Assembly (NCBI RefSeq): GCF_000981785.2
Contig: NZ_CP011304.1
Span: 3,780,001 to 3,812,000 of the forward strand
Direction of reading: 5' to 3'
Length of the DNA stretch: 32,000 nucleotides
DNA from: Microcystis aeruginosa NIES-2549
Lineage (GTDB): Bacteria; Cyanobacteriota; Cyanobacteriia; Cyanobacteriales; Microcystaceae
Both the position numbers and the translations under genes were made by a program. The notes under the pieces are model-generated. The model was not told the origin of the DNA. It made no database searches and saw nothing but the letters and a program-made list of their open reading frames with translations. Below, one piece after another: positions 9,843 to 18,136 of this stretch. Positions within the stretch are counted from its first letter, which is position 1. Every line of letters starts with the position of its first letter.

Positions 9843-10427
9843 ATGACCATAGCAACAGATAAAAATATCTATAGCTTTGCCGAATATTTACAACTAGAGG
9901 AAACGGCAACCTATAAACATGAATATCAAGACGGGGAAATCGTACCGATGACAGGAGGCACTACTGATCATAATAAAATTGCTCTCAATTTTGCCGCTTA
10001 TTTAAAATTTGCCCTCAAAGGACAGAAATATAATATTTTTATCGGTGACGTTAAATTATGGATAGCACAATATCGTCAAGCAACCTATCCCGATGTGATG
10101 CTAATTGAGGGAGAACCGATTTATTATGAAACTGGCAAGACAACTGTTACCAATCCCAGATTAATAGTAGAAGTCCTCTCAAAATCAACTCAAAATTATG
10201 ACCAGGGCGATAAATTTCTTTATTATCGTTCGCTGCCGGAATTTCAAGAATATATTCTGATCAGTCAAAGTCGTCCCTATATCATGCAGTATAACAAAAC
10301 TGAAGAAAATAAATGGCTATTAACGGAATACGAGGGCGAAAATGCCAGTTTATCTTTAACTTCTGTCAATTTCGCTCTCAGTTTTCAGGAAATTTATGAG
10401 GGAGTGATATTTAACGATTTGCCTTGA
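9843..10427 (+). CDS. Uma2 family (DUF820) putative PD-(D/E)xK endonuclease
   Basis: 194 aa with the typical Uma2 layout: F..YL.LEE....HEY.DGEI, YPDVMLI, and the E-x-K-like IVEVLSKST. Confidence 0.8.
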   Translation: MTIATDKNIYSFAEYLQLEETATYKHEYQDGEIVPMTGGTTDHNKIALNFAAYLKFALKGQKYNIFIGDVKLWIAQYRQATYPDVMLIEGEPIYYETGKTTVTNPRLIVEVLSKSTQNYDQGDKFLYYRSLPEFQEYILISQSRPYIMQYNKTEENKWLLTEYEGENASLSLTSVNFALSFQEIYEGVIFNDLP

Positions 10428-10478
10428 ATTTTCGTTTTTTTGCCAGTATTCTCGCCAAGGATGTCGGGAAATATATTT

Positions 10479-11114
10479 CTAAAGACCCAATTTCGCCGCT
10501 AAAGCGATCGCTACCGGGAAAATGCGATGTTCTTGCACTTGAATGCGTTCGTGGAGACTGGCCGCGGTATCATCCGGGAGAATGGGAACCACCGCTTGCA
10601 TTAAAATTGGGCCGCTATCTACCTCCGCGCGAGCGATATGCACAGTACATCCGGTCACTTTTACCCCCGCAGCTAAAGCTTGTTCCACGGCACGCACACC
10701 CTTAAAACTGGGTAGTAAACTAGGATGGATATTGATCACGCGATCGGGAAAAGCATCTAGTAAAACCGGGGTGACAATTCGCATCCAGCCGGCCATAATT
10801 ACCCATTTTACGCCGTATTCTTGGAAAGTTTCTACTATTGCCCGATCGAGTTCTTCTCTGAGTTTAAATTGACGATGATCGAGGAAAACCGAGGGGATAT
10901 TGTAGTGAGCGGCTTTTTCTTTTACCTTGGCATCGGGATTATTGTAGATGAGGACAGGAATTCGGGCATTGAGTTGTTTTTTGGCGATAGCTGCCGCTAA
11001 AACAGCAAAATTGGAACCACTACCAGAAGCCATCACTCCTAAGGAGAGGGTTTCCTCTAGGGGAATATCGGCCAAACTGAGATCGGGAGAAATTAAACTT
11101 GGGGAAAAACTCAT
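10479..11114 (-). CDS. purN: Phosphoribosylglycinamide formyltransferase
   Basis: 211 aa with GSGSNF near the N-terminus, the formyltransferase motif INIHPSLLP and HxxxxxxD(SGPI). Confidence 0.9.
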   Translation of the reverse strand: MSFSPSLISPDLSLADIPLEETLSLGVMASGSGSNFAVLAAAIAKKQLNARIPVLIYNNPDAKVKEKAAHYNIPSVFLDHRQFKLREELDRAIVETFQEYGVKWVIMAGWMRIVTPVLLDAFPDRVINIHPSLLPSFKGVRAVEQALAAGVKVTGCTVHIARAEVDSGPILMQAVVPILPDDTAASLHERIQVQEHRIFPVAIALAAKLGL

Positions 11115-11119
11115 AAATT

Positions 11120-11180
11120 CAGTTATCAGTTATCAGTTATCAGTTATCAGTTGTCAGTTATCAGTTAATTAGTTAGTTAT
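11120..11180. repeat. STRR heptamer array CAGTTAT (block A of the purN-ppk2 spacer)
   Basis: CAGTTAT x4, CAGTTGT, CAGTTAT, CAGTTAA, then degenerate units. It starts 6 nt beyond the purN start codon. Confidence 0.9.
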
Positions 11181-11200
11181 TTTCATCTTGACCCCCATTT

Positions 11201-11249
11201 ACTGTTTACTGTTTACTGATCACTGATTACTGTTTACTGATCACTGATC
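11201..11249. repeat. STRR heptamer array ACTGTTT/ACTGATC/ACTGATT (block B)
   Basis: Seven exact-phase heptamers that end at the nucleotide before the ppk2 stop codon (11250-11252). Confidence 0.9.
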
Positions 11250-12752
11250 CTATCCCCGTTGTTTCAAACCGGTTTCAATAGCGGCAATGACTGTTTCTAT
11301 GACTTTAACGCGAGCGAAATACTTATCATTTGCCGCCACAATCGTCCAGGGGGCGACGGGGGTGCTAGTACGGGCTACCATGTGATTAACTGCCACATGG
11401 TAGAGGGGCTGTTTTTCCCGATTGCGCCAATCTTCATCGGTGAGTTTATGTTGACGATAGGGGTTATTTTGGCGCTCGTTGAAGCGATTTAACTGTTCTT
11501 CGGGGCTAATATGTAACCAGAATTTGACTAAAACACAGCCTGAATGGGTTAATTGGGCCTCAAATTCGTTAATTTCTTGATATGCCCGTCGCCAATCCAT
11601 ATCTTTAGCGAATCCTTCCACTCTCTCCACCAAAACCCGTCCATACCAACTGCGATCGAATATACCGATAGTTTTGGCTGCGGGTAATTTGCGCCAGAAG
11701 CGCCAGAGATAATGATAGCGGTGTTCTTCCTCCGTCGGGGCAGCAAAGGCAATCACCTGATAACTGCGAGGATCGAGGGTATCGGTTAAGCGTTTGATCG
11801 CCCCTCCCTTACCGGCGGCATCCCACCCCTCAAACAGGACTAAAACGGGAATATTTGCCTGAAAAATCTTTAATTGCAGTTTTCTTAATTCTACCTGTGC
11901 CTGACGCAAACGGATTTTATAGTCTTCTTTTTCCAATTTGGCACTTAAGTCCACTCTCCCTAGATAATCGGGTTCCGTGGGCAGTAATTGGGCTTGGGGT
12001 GGTAGATTAGCAGGAGGTTCGATCGGTAATTGCCGCTGATCCAAAGCTTGAGCGATCGTACCGACTAATTGGGAGAGAACTTTTACCCGGGCCCAACGTT
12101 GACAGTTGCCCTCCACCAATATCCAAGGGGCGGCCCCCGTGCTAGTGTAGGTAATCATTTCCTCGGCCAAACTGGCATACTCATCATAACGTTTGGCCTG
12201 TTGCCAATCTTCCGGACGCACGCGCCAAGATTCTAGTTCATTTTCGGCGTATTCTTTGATGCGTGACTTTAATTCCTTTTGACTGAGGTGAATCCAGAAT
12301 TTAGCGATCGCCACCCGATCATCAAATAATTGTCGCTCAAAGGTGTTGATATCGCGCATGACTAGGGGAATCTGGGAGGAGGGCAATTTGTTTAAGAGTC
12401 GATCCTCTAGTAGATGGGTGTACCAACTGTGATAAAAAATGCCGATACTGCCCTTTGCTGGCAGTTTTTGCCAAAATCGCCACAAAAACGGGTAACTTTC
12501 CTCTTGGGGGGAAGGGGTTAAAATTGGATGGACGGTAAAACCGCGAGGATCCATATAGTTAACCATTTTTTTGACTAAAGTTCCCTTCCCTGCCGCCGCC
12601 CAACCTTCCAAAACCACCACCACGGGTAATTTACACTCCCAACAGGACTTCTGTAGCGATCGCAGTTGCTGCATTAAATCTTTAATTTGTGATTGATAAG
12701 TTTCCTTGTCAAGGGAAAGAGATAGATCGAGGGGACTTAACATGATGGTCAA
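11250..12752 (-). CDS. ppk2: Two-domain polyphosphate kinase 2 (polyphosphate:AMP/nucleotide phosphotransferase type)
   Basis: 500 aa with two tandem PPK2 modules, each carrying a Walker A-like motif (LEGWAAAGKGT and FEGWDAAGKGG) and the RFW(Q/R)KLP segment. Confidence 0.85.
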   Translation of the reverse strand: MTIMLSPLDLSLSLDKETYQSQIKDLMQQLRSLQKSCWECKLPVVVVLEGWAAAGKGTLVKKMVNYMDPRGFTVHPILTPSPQEESYPFLWRFWQKLPAKGSIGIFYHSWYTHLLEDRLLNKLPSSQIPLVMRDINTFERQLFDDRVAIAKFWIHLSQKELKSRIKEYAENELESWRVRPEDWQQAKRYDEYASLAEEMITYTSTGAAPWILVEGNCQRWARVKVLSQLVGTIAQALDQRQLPIEPPANLPPQAQLLPTEPDYLGRVDLSAKLEKEDYKIRLRQAQVELRKLQLKIFQANIPVLVLFEGWDAAGKGGAIKRLTDTLDPRSYQVIAFAAPTEEEHRYHYLWRFWRKLPAAKTIGIFDRSWYGRVLVERVEGFAKDMDWRRAYQEINEFEAQLTHSGCVLVKFWLHISPEEQLNRFNERQNNPYRQHKLTDEDWRNREKQPLYHVAVNHMVARTSTPVAPWTIVAANDKYFARVKVIETVIAAIETGLKQRG

Positions 12753-12811
12753 ATAAAAGCAAAATTAGGGTATAAAGTTATAGACAAGTCAATCTCAAAT
12801 AGGTCTTTCGC

Positions 12812-13810
12812 GTGTCTCAAGTTAAACCTACCATTCTCGTCACTGGCGGTGCGGGTTATATTGGTTCCCATGCGGTTCTAGCGCTCAAAAATGCCGGTTA
12901 TTCCGTCATCGTACTCGATAATTTATCCTACGGTCACGCCGAAATCATTAAGGATATATTAAAAGTTGAGTTAATTGTCGGTGATACTAGGGATCGATCA
13001 TTGCTGGATAATTTATTTGCCAGTCGTGATATTGCCGCCGTCATGCACTTTGCCGCTTTTATTGCCGTGGGGGAATCAGTCCAAGAACCGGCTATTTACT
13101 ATCAAAATAATGTTAGTGGTAGTCTGACTCTTTTGCAAGCGATGATCGCCGCCGATGTGAAGAAATTTGTTTTTTCTTCCACCTGTGCCATTTATGGAAT
13201 GCCGAAGGAAATTCCGATGACGGAAAATCACCCCCATCATCCCCTCAGTCCCTACGCAGCCAGCAAGGAAATGGTGGAACAAATTCTTAGGGATTTTGAT
13301 CGAGCCTACGGTTTAAAATCGGTGGCTTTCCGTTATTTTAATGCTTCAGGAGCCGATCCCAGTGGTTTATTAGGGGAAGATCACCAACCGGAAACCCATT
13401 TAATTCCCTTGGCTTTATTAACTGCCCTAAAAAAACGGGATTCCCTGTCAATTTTCGGCACGGATTATGATACTCCCGATGGCACTGCTGTTCGCGATTA
13501 TATCCATGTTAATGATTTAGCACAGGCTCACGTTTTAGGCTTAGAATATCTCTTAAATGGGGGCGAAAGTAATGTGTTTAATTTGGGCAATGGTAACGGT
13601 TTTTCTGTGCGCGAAGTGATTGAAACGGCGCGAGCGGTAACTGGTTTAGATATTCCTGTCATCGAAAGTCCCAGAAGGGCAGGTGATGCCCCCATTTTAA
13701 TCGGCAGTAGTGATAAAGCTAAACAGGTTCTCGGTTGGCATCCCCAATATGCCGATCTCAAGGTAATAGTTGAACACGCCTGGAATTGGCATCAAAAAAG
13801 ACACGCTTAA
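12812..13810 (+). CDS. galE: UDP-glucose 4-epimerase
   Basis: 332 aa with a GTG start. Extended SDR with the NAD motif TGGAGYIGSH and the catalytic SPYAASK (YxxxK); the C-terminal half is GalE-like. Confidence 0.85.
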   Translation: MSQVKPTILVTGGAGYIGSHAVLALKNAGYSVIVLDNLSYGHAEIIKDILKVELIVGDTRDRSLLDNLFASRDIAAVMHFAAFIAVGESVQEPAIYYQNNVSGSLTLLQAMIAADVKKFVFSSTCAIYGMPKEIPMTENHPHHPLSPYAASKEMVEQILRDFDRAYGLKSVAFRYFNASGADPSGLLGEDHQPETHLIPLALLTALKKRDSLSIFGTDYDTPDGTAVRDYIHVNDLAQAHVLGLEYLLNGGESNVFNLGNGNGFSVREVIETARAVTGLDIPVIESPRRAGDAPILIGSSDKAKQVLGWHPQYADLKVIVEHAWNWHQKRHA

Positions 13811-13883
13811 CGGCGATCGAGTGCTAAACTTTAAGGTTATCAGATTGAAAAGTTCTATCAATCGATAACAGTAAAAAACTGCT

Positions 13884-14010
13884 AAGTAGGTGGGTGTAAT
13901 TAAATATAAGATGAACGTAGAACGTAGGTTGGGTTGAAGCATGAAACCCAACGCCCGATTATGTTACGCTACCGCTAACCCATCCTACAAATAATTGTGC
14001 CTCCCTACTT
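13884..14010. mobile_element. MITE-like element, family A (copy 1)
   Basis: 127 nt with imperfect terminal inverted repeats (AAGTAGGTGGGTG ... CCTCCCTACTT). Its reverse complement aligns by eye along nearly its full length with 27243-27364. It contains the hairpin GTTGGGTT-GAAGCATGA-AACCCAAC. Confidence 0.75.
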
Positions 14011-14066
14011 AAAGGCTGATAGTTTACCGATATAAGCTTCTCTAGAATACTCTCGAATACAATGGT

Positions 14067-14492
14067 ATGAATAACAAAATAATCTTAACATTTATAGGCT
14101 TGACTTTTTTAGCAAGTTGTGCTGATAGTAAACAGTTTCAATGTCAAAAAATCTATCGGATTGCCAACGAAGTGGCCCAAGAAACCAAATCCTTAACCAA
14201 GGGTCAAGGGAAAGAAATTGACCAAAAAAGTTGGCTATTGGCCGCCGATAAAATCGAACAGGCCGCAGAAAATATGAAAAAATTAGAAGTGAAGGATACC
14301 GAACTAGAGAAATATAAAATCGCTTTCGCTCAAGTTTACGAAGATTATGCCACTGCCACTCGTGAAATAATTCAAGTTATCGAAACTCGCAATAAAAACG
14401 GGGCAAAATTAGCACAGGAAAAGGTAAGAAAAGCCGGACAATTAGAAAAAGAAACTGGCGAAGCTTTTAACACCTATTGTCAAGCACAGTAA
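14067..14492 (+). CDS. Hypothetical lipoprotein
   Basis: 141 aa with a signal peptide and lipobox (LTFLASC). The remainder is charged, helical-looking sequence. I recognise no family. Confidence 0.6.
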   Translation: MNNKIILTFIGLTFLASCADSKQFQCQKIYRIANEVAQETKSLTKGQGKEIDQKSWLLAADKIEQAAENMKKLEVKDTELEKYKIAFAQVYEDYATATREIIQVIETRNKNGAKLAQEKVRKAGQLEKETGEAFNTYCQAQ

Positions 14493-14582
14493 GGCAGTTA
14501 TCAGTTAGAAGGTGTTGGGGTTTTTGGGTATTAGTTGAAATTTCCCCATTTCCCTATCACCCCATCACCTCACTTCTCTACT

Positions 14583-15554
14583 TTAGGGTTTAATTGCGTA
14601 CAAAGTGCCGACATTTTTACTGCGAGGCATCCTGGAAAAGATGATAAAACCGAAGTCTTGCAGATGTTTGACTAAAGCATCAGGACCCTTGTTATGCCAT
14701 TCCATCATGATAATTTTGATCTGTCCTAATTGACCGGTTGCCGCTAAAGAATCGAGGATTTCGTATTCGGAACCTTCACAATCAATCTTGGCAACTATAT
14801 CGATGTCGGGATAATCAGAGGTAATACCTTTAAACACATCGGTGAAAGGTTTAATAATTAAATCGGCTGTAGCGGTTTGTTTCGAGGCAAAAGGTTTTAA
14901 TTGGTTGTCAATACCAGAAATACCAACACTACCTTTAACATTGTAATCGTATTCGACTTGAATAATTTCATCACGAGCGCCGACTCCATAATCAAAAGCT
15001 TTAATCTTCTCCGCTAGATTGGTATTGAGGGCAAAATTTCTTAAAGCTTGGTCGTATGTAGCCTTAAAAGGTTCGTAACTATAGACAGCTTTCACATTAG
15101 CTCGATTGGCAAAAAAGAGACTAGCAAAACCCGTATTCATACCAATATCAATCGCTACACAGGGCTTATCATAGAGGAAATTATATACACCTAAAAGGAA
15201 AATTTCATGGGCGATATCTAAATCCTGTCCCGTCTCGATAATTAACTTAACTCCATCGATCTCGATAATTAATTCCTGTTGCTCATCGATATAAAATTTA
15301 CAATTGGCTAGAGCCTTTAAGGCGTTAGCTTTGTTACAAACTTTACTACCCAAGAGGAAATCTTGCTTATTTTTGTTTAAACTGATCCCTAAGGGTTTGT
15401 AAAAAAGTTGACCAGATTTAGCATCATATTCCACATAATTAGGACTAATATTATGCTCTGCCAACTGACTAGACCAATATTGATCAGCAATATGAGGATA
15501 AGTCTTAAATTGCCGATAGCGTTTATGTGCATCTAACAGTTTTTGATAAAGCAT
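14583..15554 (-). CDS. FkbM family methyltransferase
   Basis: 323 aa with SAM-fold motif I (VAIDIGMNTGFASLFFA) and the FkbM-type motif KIDCEGSEYEIL. Confidence 0.75.
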   Translation of the reverse strand: MLYQKLLDAHKRYRQFKTYPHIADQYWSSQLAEHNISPNYVEYDAKSGQLFYKPLGISLNKNKQDFLLGSKVCNKANALKALANCKFYIDEQQELIIEIDGVKLIIETGQDLDIAHEIFLLGVYNFLYDKPCVAIDIGMNTGFASLFFANRANVKAVYSYEPFKATYDQALRNFALNTNLAEKIKAFDYGVGARDEIIQVEYDYNVKGSVGISGIDNQLKPFASKQTATADLIIKPFTDVFKGITSDYPDIDIVAKIDCEGSEYEILDSLAATGQLGQIKIIMMEWHNKGPDALVKHLQDFGFIIFSRMPRSKNVGTLYAIKP

Positions 15555-15716
15555 TGCTTATTTAGCCTCAATTTTTTAGGGTTGCTGGAGGTAATTTTAT
15601 GGACAAGTCTGACAAAGTTTGATAGGCTTGTCAAGAAAATCCCTCCTGTCTGAGCATCAGAAGTCAGGAAACCGATCTCAAACAAGGTAACACAGACCAT
15701 CAGGAGTTAACAAGCC

Positions 15717-17177
15717 TTGAATTACTCTGATTTTATATTTTGGTGGATATTAATCCTTTTTAGCGTTCCTTTCTTAACGGCGCGCTATATAGCGAAGTCC
15801 TTCAATCTCTGGCGAGGTGTTTTTGATGGAGTCGGATTAGCGGCACTTTCCCTAATCCTATTTTATTACGCCAGTCGTACCAGTTTCCTCGTTTTCATCG
15901 TCTCCCTAGCCTTTAACTACATTATGGTCTGGCTAGTGCTGAAAATGAGCGGCTGGAAAGCGAATCTCCTGGCCACTATCGTTATCGTCATTGATATTCT
16001 CGTCCTCGCTTACTTCAAGTATTTCGGCTTTTTTGTGCAGGAAATCATCGGCTTATTCGTTTCTCTCCCCCCTAACTGGAAGGAACTTTCTCCGATTCCC
16101 GTGCCTAGCCAAATACCGCCGGGGGTATCTTTCTATACCTTCCAGATGGTGGCTTTCGTGGTGGACTCCCTACGCGAAAAGAAAAAGAAACCCCTAGCCG
16201 TCCTCGATTATGTTAATTTTATCTCCTTTTTCCCCCAAATTGTCGCAGGTCCGATCGAGCGTCGCCGGGATTTATTACCACAAATGGAGGGATTTCGCCT
16301 CAAATTTACAGGAGAAAACTTCGAGAAGGGTTTGCGTTGGCTTTCCCTCGGTTTATTTATGAAATTTGTCCTCGCCGATAACATTGCTCCCTACATCGAA
16401 TTAGATAAGATGATCGACAATGCTTGGTATATCTGGTTTGAGGCCTTTTTATTCACCCTGAGAATCTATTTTGACTTCGGCGGTTATAGCTTTATTGCCG
16501 TCGGTTTGGCCTATTTTGTCGGGGTGAGATTAGAATTAAACTTTTTAGCCCCCTATACATCCCAAAGTATTAACGAATTTTGGCGACGTTGGCATATTAC
16601 CCTTAGCACCTGGTTTCGGGATTATGTGTTTTTACCCCTGATGGGTTCCAATAAAAATTGGGCGCCTTTTTATCTATTCATTACCTTTACTCTTTCAGGT
16701 TTTTGGCACGGTGCGGCTTGGAATTTCATCTTTTGGGGGGCTTACCACGGGGCATTATTATTATTACTGCGTTATCTGGGCCGACCTTTCTATGCTTTTG
16801 TCGGAAAATACGTTTCTCAGCCGCAAATTCTCTCCTGGGCTTTAACGCAACTGGCTGTCATTTTTGGTTGTCTCTTTTTCATGGAGGTTAACACCAGAAG
16901 ATTAATCGGCAAAATGCTGGTTATTGCCAATCCTTTCAATTATTCCTTAGCTAATATCGGTGAGATTTTTAGTTCCTATACTCTCAATCAAGGAGCAGTT
17001 TTAAGCGTCGCTTTAGTTCTTGGTATCATTGTTTTAATCCTCGAACATTTGGCTATCGCTCAGAAAAAATTTGAATATGAACTCTTGTTATCCCCTTGGC
17101 TGTCCAAAATATTGCTAGGTTTAACGATTCTCCTAGCTTCCACTAATACCGGTAACTTTATTTACTTTGAATTCTGA
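15717..17177 (+). CDS. MBOAT family O-acyltransferase (AlgI/DltB-like)
   Basis: 486 aa, polytopic and hydrophobic, with the conserved MBOAT histidine region (FWRRWHITLSTWFRDYVF) and a second SGFWHG motif. The start is TTG at 15717, so the exact start is uncertain. Confidence 0.85.
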   Translation: MNYSDFIFWWILILFSVPFLTARYIAKSFNLWRGVFDGVGLAALSLILFYYASRTSFLVFIVSLAFNYIMVWLVLKMSGWKANLLATIVIVIDILVLAYFKYFGFFVQEIIGLFVSLPPNWKELSPIPVPSQIPPGVSFYTFQMVAFVVDSLREKKKKPLAVLDYVNFISFFPQIVAGPIERRRDLLPQMEGFRLKFTGENFEKGLRWLSLGLFMKFVLADNIAPYIELDKMIDNAWYIWFEAFLFTLRIYFDFGGYSFIAVGLAYFVGVRLELNFLAPYTSQSINEFWRRWHITLSTWFRDYVFLPLMGSNKNWAPFYLFITFTLSGFWHGAAWNFIFWGAYHGALLLLLRYLGRPFYAFVGKYVSQPQILSWALTQLAVIFGCLFFMEVNTRRLIGKMLVIANPFNYSLANIGEIFSSYTLNQGAVLSVALVLGIIVLILEHLAIAQKKFEYELLLSPWLSKILLGLTILLASTNTGNFIYFEF

Positions 17178-18136
17178 TGAATACTAAATCATTTAACCCT
17201 TTCCCCTGGTTAGCTTCCCTAGGAGTCGCTTGGTCCCTCGGCTTTGTTTATAATGTCATCTACGGTGGCGAATTAAGCTGGTTGCGGATGATGTACGAGG
17301 AAAAATCAGCGATCGCAGCTAGTACCGAAGGACCGCGGCGTTTAATCGTCACGGCGGGATCGGGGGCGCATTATAGCATAAATTCGGAATTAATGGCCAA
17401 AGAATTGGGAATTCCCGTGGTTAACTTCGGTTTACAGGGGGATATCGGGTTAAATGTCATTGCCGCTATGATTCTCGAAAAAGCGCGCCAAGGAGACGTA
17501 ATTCTGCTGATTCCCGAATATCTCATGCTCATGGATGAGGACGGTTTTAATCGCGGCGAAGGACTTTGGGGATCCGCACCTTTTAGCGTCGCTATTGGCA
17601 AACCGGGGTTAGGTGGGATACCTTTAAAAACCATGATCGAGGATACTTGGTTATTAGGTATTCCGGGGATGCGTCCAGTCACTAAATCGATGGTTGATTT
17701 ATTCAGCAAAGGCAGAATGACGGGTTATCTTTCCGATCCGATTACTAATACAGGTGATCCGACTATAGTTAAGGAAAGAACAGGGAAATGGTGGCAAATG
17801 ACCTTTGATACTGCTGCTTCTCCTCACTCAATTAAATTGATTGAAAAACTCAAGAAAGATTTAGAAGCAAAAGGGGCGACTCTGGTGGTTTCTTTGCCCT
17901 GGGTTTATGCTAAAAATGATGGTAAAACCGTTGCTAATATTCGCAAATCTGCCGAAGAATTAAGTCGGGTTGTGCCAACAATTTATGATCCGAAAGACTT
18001 GAACATTAAGACCGATTCTACTATTTTTGCCGACACTCATTATCATCTTTTGCCCCCAGCGAGAATTATTCGATCAGAACAATTAGTTTCGGAACTGAAA
18101 CCCATCTTAAACACAACTGAGAATAAAAATCCATGA
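17177..18136 (+). CDS. Membrane-anchored protein, candidate SGNH/AlgJ-DltD-like partner of the MBOAT protein
   Basis: 319 aa. Its ATG overlaps the MBOAT stop (TGATG). It has an N-terminal hydrophobic anchor, a TAGSGAHYS segment and a C-terminal ADTHYH segment resembling SGNH block I and block V (D-x-x-H). The CDS call is solid; the function is tentative. Confidence 0.45.
   Translation: MNTKSFNPFPWLASLGVAWSLGFVYNVIYGGELSWLRMMYEEKSAIAASTEGPRRLIVTAGSGAHYSINSELMAKELGIPVVNFGLQGDIGLNVIAAMILEKARQGDVILLIPEYLMLMDEDGFNRGEGLWGSAPFSVAIGKPGLGGIPLKTMIEDTWLLGIPGMRPVTKSMVDLFSKGRMTGYLSDPITNTGDPTIVKERTGKWWQMTFDTAASPHSIKLIEKLKKDLEAKGATLVVSLPWVYAKNDGKTVANIRKSAEELSRVVPTIYDPKDLNIKTDSTIFADTHYHLLPPARIIRSEQLVSELKPILNTTENKNP

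Noticed and set aside
11120-11249. Possibility that the regular short repeats are CRISPR arrays.
   Set aside because: The repeat unit is 7 nt with no spacers. CRISPR needs ~25-40-nt repeats alternating with unique spacers. No cas genes are present.
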